A stretch of 61,800 bases of DNA, counting the filler. It is 4 parts of 4 records of this genome, joined end to end, with 100 filler letters (N's around TTAATTAATTAA, not from the genome) between each part and the next. Parts side by side here need not be neighbours in the genome. Positions count along the whole stretch, not along the records: positions 32,675 to 54,398 come from SRR2962707_2614; positions 54,499 to 61,800 come from SRR2962707_2627; 2 more parts are not named here. One strand, 5' to 3'. Made by a program: the position numbers and the translations under genes. Numbering within the stretch: the stretch's first letter is position 1; every line of letters starts with the position of its first letter. This document shows positions 51,324 to 60,733 of the stretch, piece after piece. A model generated the notes under the pieces. That model made no database searches and was not told the DNA's origin. It worked only from the letters and a program-made list of their open reading frames with translations.

Positions 51324-52055
51324 ATGTCCAGAACTCTTGCCCTATCAGCCAGTCGCCAGAACGGGTGGCGGGTCACCGTCGCCTCCTTGCTGCTGCTGCC
51401 CGCCATGGCATTGGGGCTTTTCAACCAGCCTGTTGCCGCACAGGAAGCGCCCGTCGTGATCCCTGCACCTGCGCTCGATCTGACTGAAACAGGCAGCAGC
51501 GCAACCGCGATTTTCGCAGGCGGGTGTTTTTGGGGTGTTCAGGGCGTGTTTCAGCACGTCAATGGCGTCACCATGGCGGTATCTGGCTATTCCGGCGGCG
51601 CTGCTGAGACGGCAACTTATGAGCTCACCGGTAGCGGAACGACCGGGCACGCTGAAGCCGTTCAGGTGAACTATGACCCCGCCATCATCAGCTATGGCGA
51701 ACTGCTGCAGATCTATTTCTCGGTGGCACACAATCCTACCCAGCTCAATTATCAGGGGCCAGACCGCGGGACGCAGTATCGTTCGACGATCTTCGCCGTG
51801 AACGATGAGCAGGCCGAAACGGCCAAGGCCTACATTGAACAGCTTGATGCCGCAGATCGCTTTGAGGGGCCGATCGTGACCACCATTGAGCCGTTTGAGG
51901 CGTTCTATGCCGCTGAGCAGTATCACCAGGACTTTCTGACGCTGAACCCGTCATGGCCCTATATCGTGGTTCATGACCTTCCCAAGATCGCTGCGCTCGA
52001 GGCGATCTTTCCCGATTCCTTCAGGGAAGACCCCGTGCTCGTCGGAAGTCTCTAG
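51324..52055 (+). CDS. msrA: Periplasmic peptide-methionine (S)-S-oxide reductase
   Basis: GGCFWG, GHAEAV, QGPDRGTQYRS, AEQYHQ; signal peptide. Confidence 0.94.
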   Translation: MSRTLALSASRQNGWRVTVASLLLLPAMALGLFNQPVAAQEAPVVIPAPALDLTETGSSATAIFAGGCFWGVQGVFQHVNGVTMAVSGYSGGAAETATYELTGSGTTGHAEAVQVNYDPAIISYGELLQIYFSVAHNPTQLNYQGPDRGTQYRSTIFAVNDEQAETAKAYIEQLDAADRFEGPIVTTIEPFEAFYAAEQYHQDFLTLNPSWPYIVVHDLPKIAALEAIFPDSFREDPVLVGSL

Positions 52056-52133
52056 CCGAATCTGGTAGCCACAGGCGGCTAAAGTCGCCTGTGACACATA
52101 TGCAACGCTGAACGGTGCTGTTGCGTACAGGGC

Positions 52134-52158
52134 GGAACGGGTTCGAAAAAGGCGCGTT
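52134..52158 (+). promoter_or_regulatory. EcfG (general stress sigma)-type promoter
   Basis: GGAAC-N16-CGTT about 40 nt upstream of the first omp gene. Confidence 0.65.
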
Positions 52159-52196
52159 CTGGCTGCAACGCTTCAATACCTGCAAGGAGAACGGCA

Positions 52197-52742
52197 ATGC
52201 GCATGTTCAACACTATCGCTATCACCGCACTGGCCACCTCGCTCAGCCTAGGCACGGCAATTGGTGCCGATCTGATCACCGTGCCGACCAGCAGTACCGC
52301 TGACATCCCCGTCTACGACGACGCCGGCTTTGACTGGAATGGCTTTTACGGCGGCCTCTATGGCGTTGCGCAGAACAGTGAAGTTGCCGGCACGCAATAT
52401 GGCCTGGGTGTTCAGGCTGGCGTGAACGCGCAGTTTGATTTCTTCCTGCTTGGTGCTGAAGTTGCCGTGCATGGCCTGACCGGCGATGCGGGAAACACCA
52501 GCTACGGTCAGCTTCTGGGCCGTGCCGGCCTGGTGGTGACTGATGACGTGGTTGTCTACGCGGCCGGTGGTTATGGAATCGATCTGGGCGTGCCCGAAGA
52601 AGATGACGCTCTTCTGGGTGGCGGTCTGGAGGTCGCGCTGACCGACAATGTGTCGATCGACGCACAATATCTCCGGAGTTTTCCGCTGAGCGGTGATAAC
52701 GCCAAGGACCAGATCTCAGTGGGGGCCAATTTCCACTTCTAG
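52197..52742 (+). CDS. Omp25/RopB-like outer membrane beta-barrel protein
   Basis: Signal peptide, ADL, FDWNGFYGG, C-terminal FHF. Confidence 0.85.
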   Translation: MRMFNTIAITALATSLSLGTAIGADLITVPTSSTADIPVYDDAGFDWNGFYGGLYGVAQNSEVAGTQYGLGVQAGVNAQFDFFLLGAEVAVHGLTGDAGNTSYGQLLGRAGLVVTDDVVVYAAGGYGIDLGVPEEDDALLGGGLEVALTDNVSIDAQYLRSFPLSGDNAKDQISVGANFHF

Positions 52743-52788
52743 CCTAGAAACCCTGGGTTTTCGGCGCATAGTTGAAGGTCCGAAATCC

Positions 52789-52818
52789 AAACAGCTCCGC
52801 CTTGGCGGGGCTGTTTTT
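52789..52818 (+). terminator. Intrinsic terminator
   Basis: AACAGCTCCGCC-TT-GGCGGGGCTGTTTTT. Confidence 0.8.
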
Positions 52819-53092
52819 GTTGGTGGGGTGGCGCAATTATGGCGAAGGTGTGGCTTGACGGAGCGACTCAGTCATGAACACATGTGCGCCACTTCGTTGC
52901 CCTCTTCTGCAGGGTGATTGGTGGGATTTGTATCAAATTGGGCCAAATGCGCGACATTGGCGCAACACCTCCCCCCAAATGGTCATGGAATGTTATCCGC
53001 ACCGCCTAATTTCGATAGGCGGAGGCTTGCCACGCGCGTTGTGCTGATGCATCTAACGGTGGACTACGGTTAACTCTATGGGAGTGCAAGAT

Positions 53093-53668
53093 ATGTTTGT
53101 ACGTTCGCTTTCTCTCGGTGTGGCTGCTGCCGCGCTGCTCGCTGGTGGTGCTCAGGCCGCCGATCTGATCATCCCAACGACCCCAATGCCGATCTATGAG
53201 TCGGCTGGTTTCAGCTGGGAAGGTCTCTATGCAGGCGTTAACGCTGGTGGCGTGTTCACCAACGCAAACGGTCTGACCAATCTGCAGGCTAGCACCTCGC
53301 AGTTTTCGGTTGGTGGTGCTGTCGGCGTGAACTTCATCGCCTATGACCCAATCCTGCTCGGCCTCGAAGTTCAGGGTGACTACGTGTTCCAGGACGGCGA
53401 TGACGCCGGCATGTTCCTGGCACTGGCTCGCGTTGGCGCAGTCGTGACCGATCAGGTCATGGTCTACGCTGCTGGCGGTGTTGGCATGACCAGCCGTTCG
53501 GGCACCACTGAAAACATCTATGCCATCGGTGGTGGTGTTGAAGTTGCAGTGACCGAATCTGTGTCGGTTCGTGGTGAAGTTCTGGGTCTCGGCGATTTCT
53601 CGAGCGCCGCTGGCGACCAGTTCTTTGACGGTGCCAAGGCAACCGTCGGCGTGTTCTACCACTTCTAA
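53093..53668 (+). CDS. Omp25/RopB-like outer membrane protein (second paralog)
   Basis: Signal peptide AQAADL, FSWEGLYAG, C-terminal YHF; codon choice suggests high expression. Confidence 0.88.
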   Translation: MFVRSLSLGVAAAALLAGGAQAADLIIPTTPMPIYESAGFSWEGLYAGVNAGGVFTNANGLTNLQASTSQFSVGGAVGVNFIAYDPILLGLEVQGDYVFQDGDDAGMFLALARVGAVVTDQVMVYAAGGVGMTSRSGTTENIYAIGGGVEVAVTESVSVRGEVLGLGDFSSAAGDQFFDGAKATVGVFYHF

Positions 53669-53768
53669 GATTTGCAATCGGGAAGGGCGGTTCGCCGCCC
53701 TCCTGACCTAGCGTCTTGCAAACCCAATTCGGCGAACCGCTCTGCGGTTCGCCGTTTTGCTTTGCAGC

Positions 53769-53797
53769 GGGGTCTCGCTTTGGCGCGGCCCTTTTTT
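53769..53797 (+). terminator. Intrinsic terminator
   Basis: GGGTCTCGC-TTTG-GCGCGGCCC followed by T6. Confidence 0.65.
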
Positions 53798-54095
53798 GTG
53801 CGCTGTGGCCCGCGAATCTTGCAGCGCGATTCTGATGTTGCGGGTCGCAGGCCGTTTGATGGTCCGATCATTTGACCGCGAATGCTGCGACGCACATAGG
53901 CAGTGAGCGACGCTCAGGCCCGTGGAGCCGGGGTATGATATATGAATATTGTTGTCATATTTTCTTTCCCTTGAAACACGATAGGCAAAGGTCTAAGCCC
54001 AACCCATCATCTGTCGCGTCGGTTCGCAGGCCCCAATTGCCTGTGATGCTCACGTGACGCCGGTCGCCCGACCGGACTAGAAAACAGGCTGCCGC

Positions 54096-54398
54096 ATGAC
54101 TGATTTGCTCAGCGATTATCTGCCCATCATCATTTTCCTTGGCTTGTCTGCCGTTATCGGCCTCGCCTTGTTGGTGGTTCCTTTTCTCGTCGCCGTGAAG
54201 AACCCAGATCCGGAGAAGGTGTCTGCCTTCGAAGCTGGCTTCGATGCATTCGACGACGCGCGCATGAAGTTCGATGTCCGATTCTATCTGGTGTCGATCC
54301 TGTTCATCATTTTCGATCTCGAAGTGGCGTTCCTGTTCCCCTGGGCAGTCGCGTTTCAGGATGTGGGTTGGTTCGGCTTCTGGTCGATGATGATCTTC
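54096..54398 (+). CDS. nuoA: NADH-quinone oxidoreductase subunit A (3' truncated)
   Basis: [31 protein letters not shown]. Confidence 0.95.
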
Positions 54399-54498
54399 NN
54401 NNNNNNNNNNNNNNNNNNNNNNNNNNNNNNNNNNNNNNNNNNTTAATTAATTAANNNNNNNNNNNNNNNNNNNNNNNNNNNNNNNNNNNNNNNNNNNN
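54399..54498. other. Artificial contig linker
   Basis: N-runs around TTAATTAATTAA. Confidence 0.98.
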
Positions 54499-55746
54499 CC
54501 ACTGGTCGGTCAGCATCGGCTCGATCACCACCTTGGAGCGATCGCCGAACGGCTGCACGATCTTCTTGTCCTCGACCATCACCATCAGCCCTTCGGCATC
54601 GATGTCGGCCACAATCGCCTTGCGCGCTGCGTAGCGGTCCATGCCGCGATACTCATCGGGAACGATGTTGATCACGGTGGTCACAGAGTCGTCGAATTCC
54701 ATTTCGCCGCGCGCGATCTTCCCTGCCAACACCGCCTGCTCGGCGTAGGGAGCGCCGTCGGCCCGCAAATTGCCCTTGGTATCGAGCAGCGCGTACATCG
54801 GAATGCCGTTGCGCCGCGCGACCTCATAATCGTTGAAATCGTGCGCGCCGGTGATTTTCACCGCGCCGGAGCCGAACTCGGGCTCGGGATACTCGTCGGT
54901 GATGATCGGGATCAGCCGCCGGTGTTCTTTCGGCCCAACCGGGATTTCACACATCTTGCCCACGATCGGCGCATACCGCTCGTCGTCGGGATGCACCGCC
55001 ACGGCGCCATCGCCGAGCATGGTTTCGGGACGGGTGGTCGCAATCGAAATGTAGTCGCGCTCTTCTTCCAGCACGACGTTCCCGTCAGCGTCCTTTTCCA
55101 CGTAGGTATAGGTTTCACCGCCGGCCAGCGGGTATTTGAAATGCCACATATGGCCGTTGACTTCGGTGTTCTCCACCTCGAGGTCCGAAATCGCCGTCTC
55201 GAACTGCGGGTCCCAGTTGACCAGCCGCTTGGCGCGATAGATCAGACCCTTGCGGTGCATCTCCACGAAGACCTTGAGCACCGCCTCGGACAGCCCTTCG
55301 TCCATTGTGAAACGCTCGCGCGACCAGTCGCACGATGCCCCCAGCCGCTTGAGCTGGTTGAGGATGGTTCCTCCGCTCTCGGCCTTCCACTCCCAGACCT
55401 TTTCGAGAAAAGCCTCGCGCCCGATTTCGCGGCGGCCCGGCTCCTGGCGCTCCATCATCCGCCGCTCGACAACCATCTGGGTCGCGATGCCCGCATGATC
55501 GGTGCCCGGTTGCCACAGCACATTCTTGCCGCGCATGCGCTCGAAGCGCACCAGCACGTCCTGGATGGTGTTGTTGAGCGCGTGACCGATATGAAGCGAA
55601 CCGGTTACGTTGGGCGGAGGGATGACGACCGAATAGCTCTCGGCGCCGGGCTTGCTCCCCGCGCCGGCCTTGAAAGCCCCCGCCTCTTCCCAGGCGCTGT
55701 AAATGCGCCCTTCAACCGAGTTCGGTTCATAGGTCTTTTCGATCAT
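54499..55746 (-). CDS. valS: Valine-tRNA ligase (3' truncated)
   Basis: [28 protein letters not shown]. Confidence 0.96.
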
Positions 55747-55842
55747 CTGTGGTGATATCCGTACAACGACGACCCGCCCCAGGTGATGGGACGGGTCACT
55801 GAAAGAGTATTGCTATCTGTAAAGCCAAGCCGGACGGCGGAG

Positions 55843-56574
55843 TCAACCGCGCGATGCGCGCTCGATCTCCTGGGCGATGAGCCGTTCCACCATCGAGGGC
55901 AGATTTTCCTCGAGCCAGTCCTTGAGCATCGGCCGCAGCATTTCGCGGATCATCGCTTCGATGGTCAGCCCGCTTGCGCCCAGCGCCATGTCCGGCACCG
56001 CCTTGGGTCCGCCGAGTTTGGCAAACGCGCTCTTTACAGCGGCACTTGTTGCCGGCTCAAGCAACTCGTCAGCCAGATCGCTGCTCAAATCGGGATCGGG
56101 CATCGGGGCAGCCTGGGCGAAGTTGGTTGCCGGCTTGGGTTCGGCCTGCATCTGCGGCTTGGGTTGAGGCTGAGGAGCGGGCTCTTCGTCCTTGTCAGCC
56201 TGGAACGCCACATCGTCGGGCACCACAAGATCCGCAACCGCATCGAAGCTCGCGGCAGACGGCATTTCCATGTCTTCAGCTTCCGGCTCCACAGCCTCCG
56301 GTTCGGCGGCGGGCGGCTCTGCAGCGGGCGGTTCAACGATCTGTTCCGGCGAGAGCGCCAGCGGCGTCACCGCGTCGTCATCATCGTCGCCGAACGGGTC
56401 GATCTCGGCCGCCGAAGGCATCGGAACGGGTTCGGGTGCCGGCACCGGCTTGGGACCGCTCGCCTTGGCGACCGGCATCTTCTGGGCCGCCGCCTCGTCA
56501 TCGTCGGCAATGATCTGCCGGATCGACGAGAGGATTTCGTCCATTGTCGGTTCTTTTGATGCCGGCTGGTTCAT
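55843..56574 (-). CDS. popZ: Polar organizing protein PopZ
   Basis: EPTMDEILSSIRQII, Pro/Glu/Asp-rich linker, LRPMLKDWLEENLP; tolC-popZ-valS order. Confidence 0.92.
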   Translation of the reverse strand: MNQPASKEPTMDEILSSIRQIIADDDEAAAQKMPVAKASGPKPVPAPEPVPMPSAAEIDPFGDDDDDAVTPLALSPEQIVEPPAAEPPAAEPEAVEPEAEDMEMPSAASFDAVADLVVPDDVAFQADKDEEPAPQPQPKPQMQAEPKPATNFAQAAPMPDPDLSSDLADELLEPATSAAVKSAFAKLGGPKAVPDMALGASGLTIEAMIREMLRPMLKDWLEENLPSMVERLIAQEIERASRG

Positions 56575-56620
56575 ATCTGCCCCGATCTCGTTCGGCCGCA
56601 CTGGCCGGTACTCTGCACTG

Positions 56621-56667
56621 CTAGAGCGTGTCCTGTTCGGACGCGCGACAAAATAAAGACCTGAAGC
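56621..56667 (+). repeat. Short intergenic repeat, family 2 copy C (internally deleted)
   Basis: CTAGAGCGTGTCC...GTTCGGACGCGCGACAAAATAAAG matches both ends of copies A/B but lacks the central hairpin. Confidence 0.55.
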
Positions 56668-56824
56668 CGTCGTTTTGATTCCACCAAACGTGAACGGCTC
56701 CAGCGACAACGGCGCGGAGCCGTTGATTCGCTTTACAGCACCTTAACGTGAGACCTTGGCGCCCGAAAAGGGAAACGCCCCACCAGGGGGGCGTAATCCA
56801 CGGAAAAGCAATACTATTGGTATT

Positions 56825-58177
56825 CTAGCGTAGGTTGCCCCACGCATCGACCGGCGCCGCCGGTGCCGCTGCCGGAACGATCACAGCGCCCTCGACATTA
56901 CGCTGCTGGACAGGCAGTCCGAGCTGCTGCGCGCTCAGCGTTCCCATCGCTGCAATCAGCGAATAGGCGGCGATCGTGCGCTGCGACTGCGCAGAAATCA
57001 GCGTCTCTTCGACCGAAGCCACCGATGCCCGCGCATCGAGCACATCAAGCGTCGTGGCCTGCCCAAGCTCGTTCTGGTCCACGGTGGCCTGCAGGGCCAG
57101 CCGGCTCGCCGCAACTGCAGCCGTCGCCGCCTCGATCTGTGCCGTGGCCGCCTGGATACCCGCCCAACCCTGACGGACCGCTTCAACGATCTGATCGCGC
57201 GTGGCAAATCCTTCGAGCTGGCTCTGGATCTGGCCGATATTGGCCTGCTCGACCGAAGGATCGCGGGTCGGCGTGTAAATCGGCACGCTCAGCCGCAGAC
57301 TGATGCTGGCCTGTGTGGCAACGGTGCCCGAGGTCCAGCCCCCAGCGCCAACCTGCCCGGTTACCGAGAGATTGGGCCCAAAGCTCGCCAGCGTTTCTTC
57401 ATAGCCATACTGCGCCGCACGCAATTGAGCCGCAGAAGCCAGCAGTGCCGGATGGCCGGTATTCGCCCGTGCCAGCGCCGCATCGAGCGACCCCGGAATG
57501 AGCGAGGAATAGCTATAGCCTCCGGAAAGGCTCCCGGGCTGCCGGCCGACCCAACGCTGATAATTGGCTTCGCTGTTGCGCAGATTGTTGATCGCAGCCT
57601 GATAGGCCGCTGTGGACTGAGCGAGGCTCGCCTCGGCCTGCGAAACTTCGAGCTGGGTGCCTTCACCCAGTTCCAGCCTGTCACGCGCCGAACCGACCTG
57701 CGCACCGACGAACCCGACGCTCTCCTGGCGGATATCCACGATCCGCCGGTTGGTCACCACGTTCACATAAGCCTGAATGACAGAGAGCAGCACATTCTGC
57801 TCTGTGTTCTTGGCGCCATACACCGCCGCATCGTACTGCGCCTCAGCACCGCTGATCGCAGCACTGGTCGCATTATTGTCGAAAAGGGTCTGGCTGTAGC
57901 CGATACCGATGCTGTCGGACGACGACCAGCTCTGGCCGCCGGACACCCAGGTCGACGTCGCCCCTATGCTGCCCTCGGCCCCGATGGTCGGCAACCGCGC
58001 CCCTTCGGCGGCAATAATGCCTTGCCGCGCAGCGCGCACCGAAAGGAAGGAACTCGCAATTTGTGGATTGTTTTCATAGGCATAGGCCATCGCCGATGTC
58101 AGGCTTTCCGCCTGAGCCGAGGAGACCATTCCCAGGAGGGCAATGACGCTTGCACTCAAAATACGATTAAATTTCAT
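56825..58177 (-). CDS. tolC: TolC family outer membrane protein
   Basis: Signal peptide, AYENNPQI, GEGTQLEVSQA, GQATTLDVLDA. Confidence 0.92.
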   Translation of the reverse strand: MKFNRILSASVIALLGMVSSAQAESLTSAMAYAYENNPQIASSFLSVRAARQGIIAAEGARLPTIGAEGSIGATSTWVSGGQSWSSSDSIGIGYSQTLFDNNATSAAISGAEAQYDAAVYGAKNTEQNVLLSVIQAYVNVVTNRRIVDIRQESVGFVGAQVGSARDRLELGEGTQLEVSQAEASLAQSTAAYQAAINNLRNSEANYQRWVGRQPGSLSGGYSYSSLIPGSLDAALARANTGHPALLASAAQLRAAQYGYEETLASFGPNLSVTGQVGAGGWTSGTVATQASISLRLSVPIYTPTRDPSVEQANIGQIQSQLEGFATRDQIVEAVRQGWAGIQAATAQIEAATAAVAASRLALQATVDQNELGQATTLDVLDARASVASVEETLISAQSQRTIAAYSLIAAMGTLSAQQLGLPVQQRNVEGAVIVPAAAPAAPVDAWGNLR

Positions 58178-58338
58178 TGCCTACGCCTCCAGCGCCGCCT
58201 TAATCTAGGGGTGCGCCACCATGCTTTCAACGCAAACCAACGCAATATACTAAGTAAGATTCAACCCGTTGCGCGTCGGTAACAGTGCGCTAATGTCGCA
58301 CGGCGAGATTGCAGCAACGTTACGCGGGCGCCAGAGCC

Positions 58339-58989
58339 TCAGAAAACGAAGGCCGGCGCCGACGAAAAGCTCCCCAGAACCGGGATACTCGCGTTAAAGC
58401 TCGGCAGCGGCGCGACATCATCGCCGGTCTTGACGAAAAGGTTGGCCACCGCCGCGTTCCCCGAGCCCAGAACAGCCACCAGACGCCCGCCATCGCGCAA
58501 CTGAGCCAGCAGTGCCGCCGGCACGACATCCACGGCACCCTCGAGGATAATCACATCAAACGGCGCTTCCTTGGCCACCCCATTCTCGATCGGGCCGGCC
58601 ACTGCCGCCGCATTGCCGATGTCGAGGTCGGACAGGATATCGTTGGCCCGCCCCGCCAGAACCTCATCGCTCTCCAGCGCCACAACCGCGTTGGCCAGAA
58701 GCGAGAGCACGGCAGTCGAATACCCGGTTCCGCACGCCACATCGAGCACCACGTCCTGGCTCCCCACTTCGGCAAGCTGCACCAGCCGTGCAAAATCGGC
58801 AGGCGAAGCCATCGTCCGGCCGGCCGAAAGCGCAATCGGCTCATCGCTATAGGCAAAGGCTGTGTGCGTATCGGGCACGAAGCGCTCGCGCGGAATGCGG
58901 TTCATGGCGTCCAGAATGCGCCAGTCGGTGATCCCGCTCGTCCGCAACTGGTTGTCGACCATCGTCCGGCGCGCGCGCGAAAAGTCCAT
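58339..58989 (-). CDS. pcm: Protein-L-isoaspartate O-methyltransferase-like protein
   Basis: RRTMVDNQLRT, PRERFVP, LDVACGTGYS, QLRDGGRLV. Confidence 0.9.
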   Translation of the reverse strand: MDFSRARRTMVDNQLRTSGITDWRILDAMNRIPRERFVPDTHTAFAYSDEPIALSAGRTMASPADFARLVQLAEVGSQDVVLDVACGTGYSTAVLSLLANAVVALESDEVLAGRANDILSDLDIGNAAAVAGPIENGVAKEAPFDVIILEGAVDVVPAALLAQLRDGGRLVAVLGSGNAAVANLFVKTGDDVAPLPSFNASIPVLGSFSSAPAFVF

Positions 58990-59011
58990 GATCAATCGCC
59001 TTCCTGAGTGC

Positions 59012-59082
59012 CTAAAGCGTTTCCAGCCAAAGTGGATGCCACTTTTGCGGTTCGGAAACGCGGACCAACAATGCCTTAGAGC
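59012..59082 (+). repeat. Short intergenic repeat, family 2 copy B
   Basis: CTAAAGCGTTTCCAGCCAAAGTGGATGCCACTTTTGCGGTTCGGAAACGCGGACCAACAATGCCTTAGAGC. Confidence 0.7.
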
Positions 59083-59149
59083 AAGCAAAGCGTGCGCTAA
59101 GGCTCCTGTTCTCCGGTCAATAACGCCGCCCGCCGACCGAAGCAAGACT

Positions 59150-60733
59150 TTACGCGATCAGTTTGGGTGCGGCCCCCACCAGTGTTTGCGTATAGGCTTG
59201 CTGCGGGTCGCCGAGCACCCTTTCGGTCGGCCCTTCCTCTACGATCCTGCCACCTTCCATCACCAGCACACGGTCGGTAATCGCCCGAACCACCTGCAGG
59301 TCGTGCGCAATGAACAGGTAGCTTATCGAGGCCCGCTGCGAAATCTCCGCCAGAAGATCGAGCACCTGCGCCCGGATCGACACATCGAGCGCCGAAACCG
59401 CCTCGTCCAGAACGATCAGCGCCGGCTCGATGACCAGTGCCCGCGCAATGGCGATCCTCTGGCGCTGCCCCCCGGAAAATTCGTGGATATAGCGCCCCGC
59501 CGCCCCCGGCTCGATCCCCACCGATTCGAGCGCCCGCGCCACCAGCGCCACGCGTTCCACCCTCCTGGGCGCCTCGGCGCCAAGCAGATGCAACGGCTCC
59601 GCCACCAGTCTTTCGACTTTGTGCCGCGGATCGAACGATCCGTAAGGGTCCTGAAACACCATCTGCATGTCGCGCAGCGTCAGCCGCGCCGCCCGCCCAG
59701 CGCTCGCCACCGGCTGTCCGGCAAAAATCACGCGCCCCGCATCGAGCGGTTCGAGCCCCAGAATCGCCCGCGCCAGCGTCGATTTCCCGCTCCCGCTTTC
59801 CCCCACCAGCCCGACGCTCTCGCCCCGCGCGACGGTCAGACTCAAGCCATCGAGCGCCCGAAACATTTTTCGCGCGCCCGGCACAAGCCCCGACCGCAGC
59901 GGATAATCCCGCGTTGCCCCCTCGACCCGCAGCAGCACCTCTCCAACCGCCCCCCGCGCACGAACCGGCGCATGCGTACTCGCCTCCAGCAACCGCCGGG
60001 TATAGGCATGCTGCGGCGCTCCGATCAGCGCCCTAGCGGGCCCGGCCTCCACGACTTTCCCGTCGCGCAGCACCGCCACCGTATCCGCCATCTGCGACAC
60101 CACGGCCAGATCGTGGGTAATCAGCATCAGCGCCATGCCCTCTTCGCGCACCAGCCCGGCCAGCAGATCGAGAATTTGCGCCTGCGTCGTCACATCCAGC
60201 GCCGTGGTCGGCTCATCGGCGATCAAAAGTTTCGGCCGCAGGGCAATCGCCATGGCAATGCCCACCCGCTGACGCTGTCCGCCCGACAATTCATGCGGAT
60301 AGCGCGACGGCGAAATCTCCTCCCCCGGCAGCCCCACCCGCTCGAGCTTTTCCGCCGCCAGCGCCCTCGCCTCCGATCGCCCCAGCCTGCGATGCACCCG
60401 CACCGTCTCTGCCACCTGATCGCCGATGGTCATCAGCGGGTTGAGCGCCGTCATCGGCTCCTGAAAAATCATCCCCATGGCCTGCCCGCGCAGCCCGTTC
60501 ATCTCACCTTCGCTTGCGGCGACCAGATCGCTCCCGTCGAACCCGATCCGCCCCATCAGCTTCGCCCCGCCCGGCAAAAGCCCCATGATCGAAAGCGCCG
60601 TTAGCGATTTTCCCGACCCCGATTCCCCGACCAGCCCCAAAACCTTGCCCGCCCCGATCTCAAGCGACACATCCTCAAGGATTGGCGCTCCGCCGATGGT
60701 CAGCCCCAGCCCTTCGATTTTGAGAAGACTCAT
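59150..60733 (-). CDS. Peptide/nickel ABC transporter, fused dual ATPase
   Basis: Two GESGSGKS and two SGGQRQR motifs; start MSLLKIE. Confidence 0.93.
   Translation of the reverse strand: MSLLKIEGLGLTIGGAPILEDVSLEIGAGKVLGLVGESGSGKSLTALSIMGLLPGGAKLMGRIGFDGSDLVAASEGEMNGLRGQAMGMIFQEPMTALNPLMTIGDQVAETVRVHRRLGRSEARALAAEKLERVGLPGEEISPSRYPHELSGGQRQRVGIAMAIALRPKLLIADEPTTALDVTTQAQILDLLAGLVREEGMALMLITHDLAVVSQMADTVAVLRDGKVVEAGPARALIGAPQHAYTRRLLEASTHAPVRARGAVGEVLLRVEGATRDYPLRSGLVPGARKMFRALDGLSLTVARGESVGLVGESGSGKSTLARAILGLEPLDAGRVIFAGQPVASAGRAARLTLRDMQMVFQDPYGSFDPRHKVERLVAEPLHLLGAEAPRRVERVALVARALESVGIEPGAAGRYIHEFSGGQRQRIAIARALVIEPALIVLDEAVSALDVSIRAQVLDLLAEISQRASISYLFIAHDLQVVRAITDRVLVMEGGRIVEEGPTERVLGDPQQAYTQTLVGAAPKLIA

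Noticed and set aside
56100-56470. Low-complexity Pro/Glu/Ala repeats
   Set aside because: This is the normal disordered linker of PopZ
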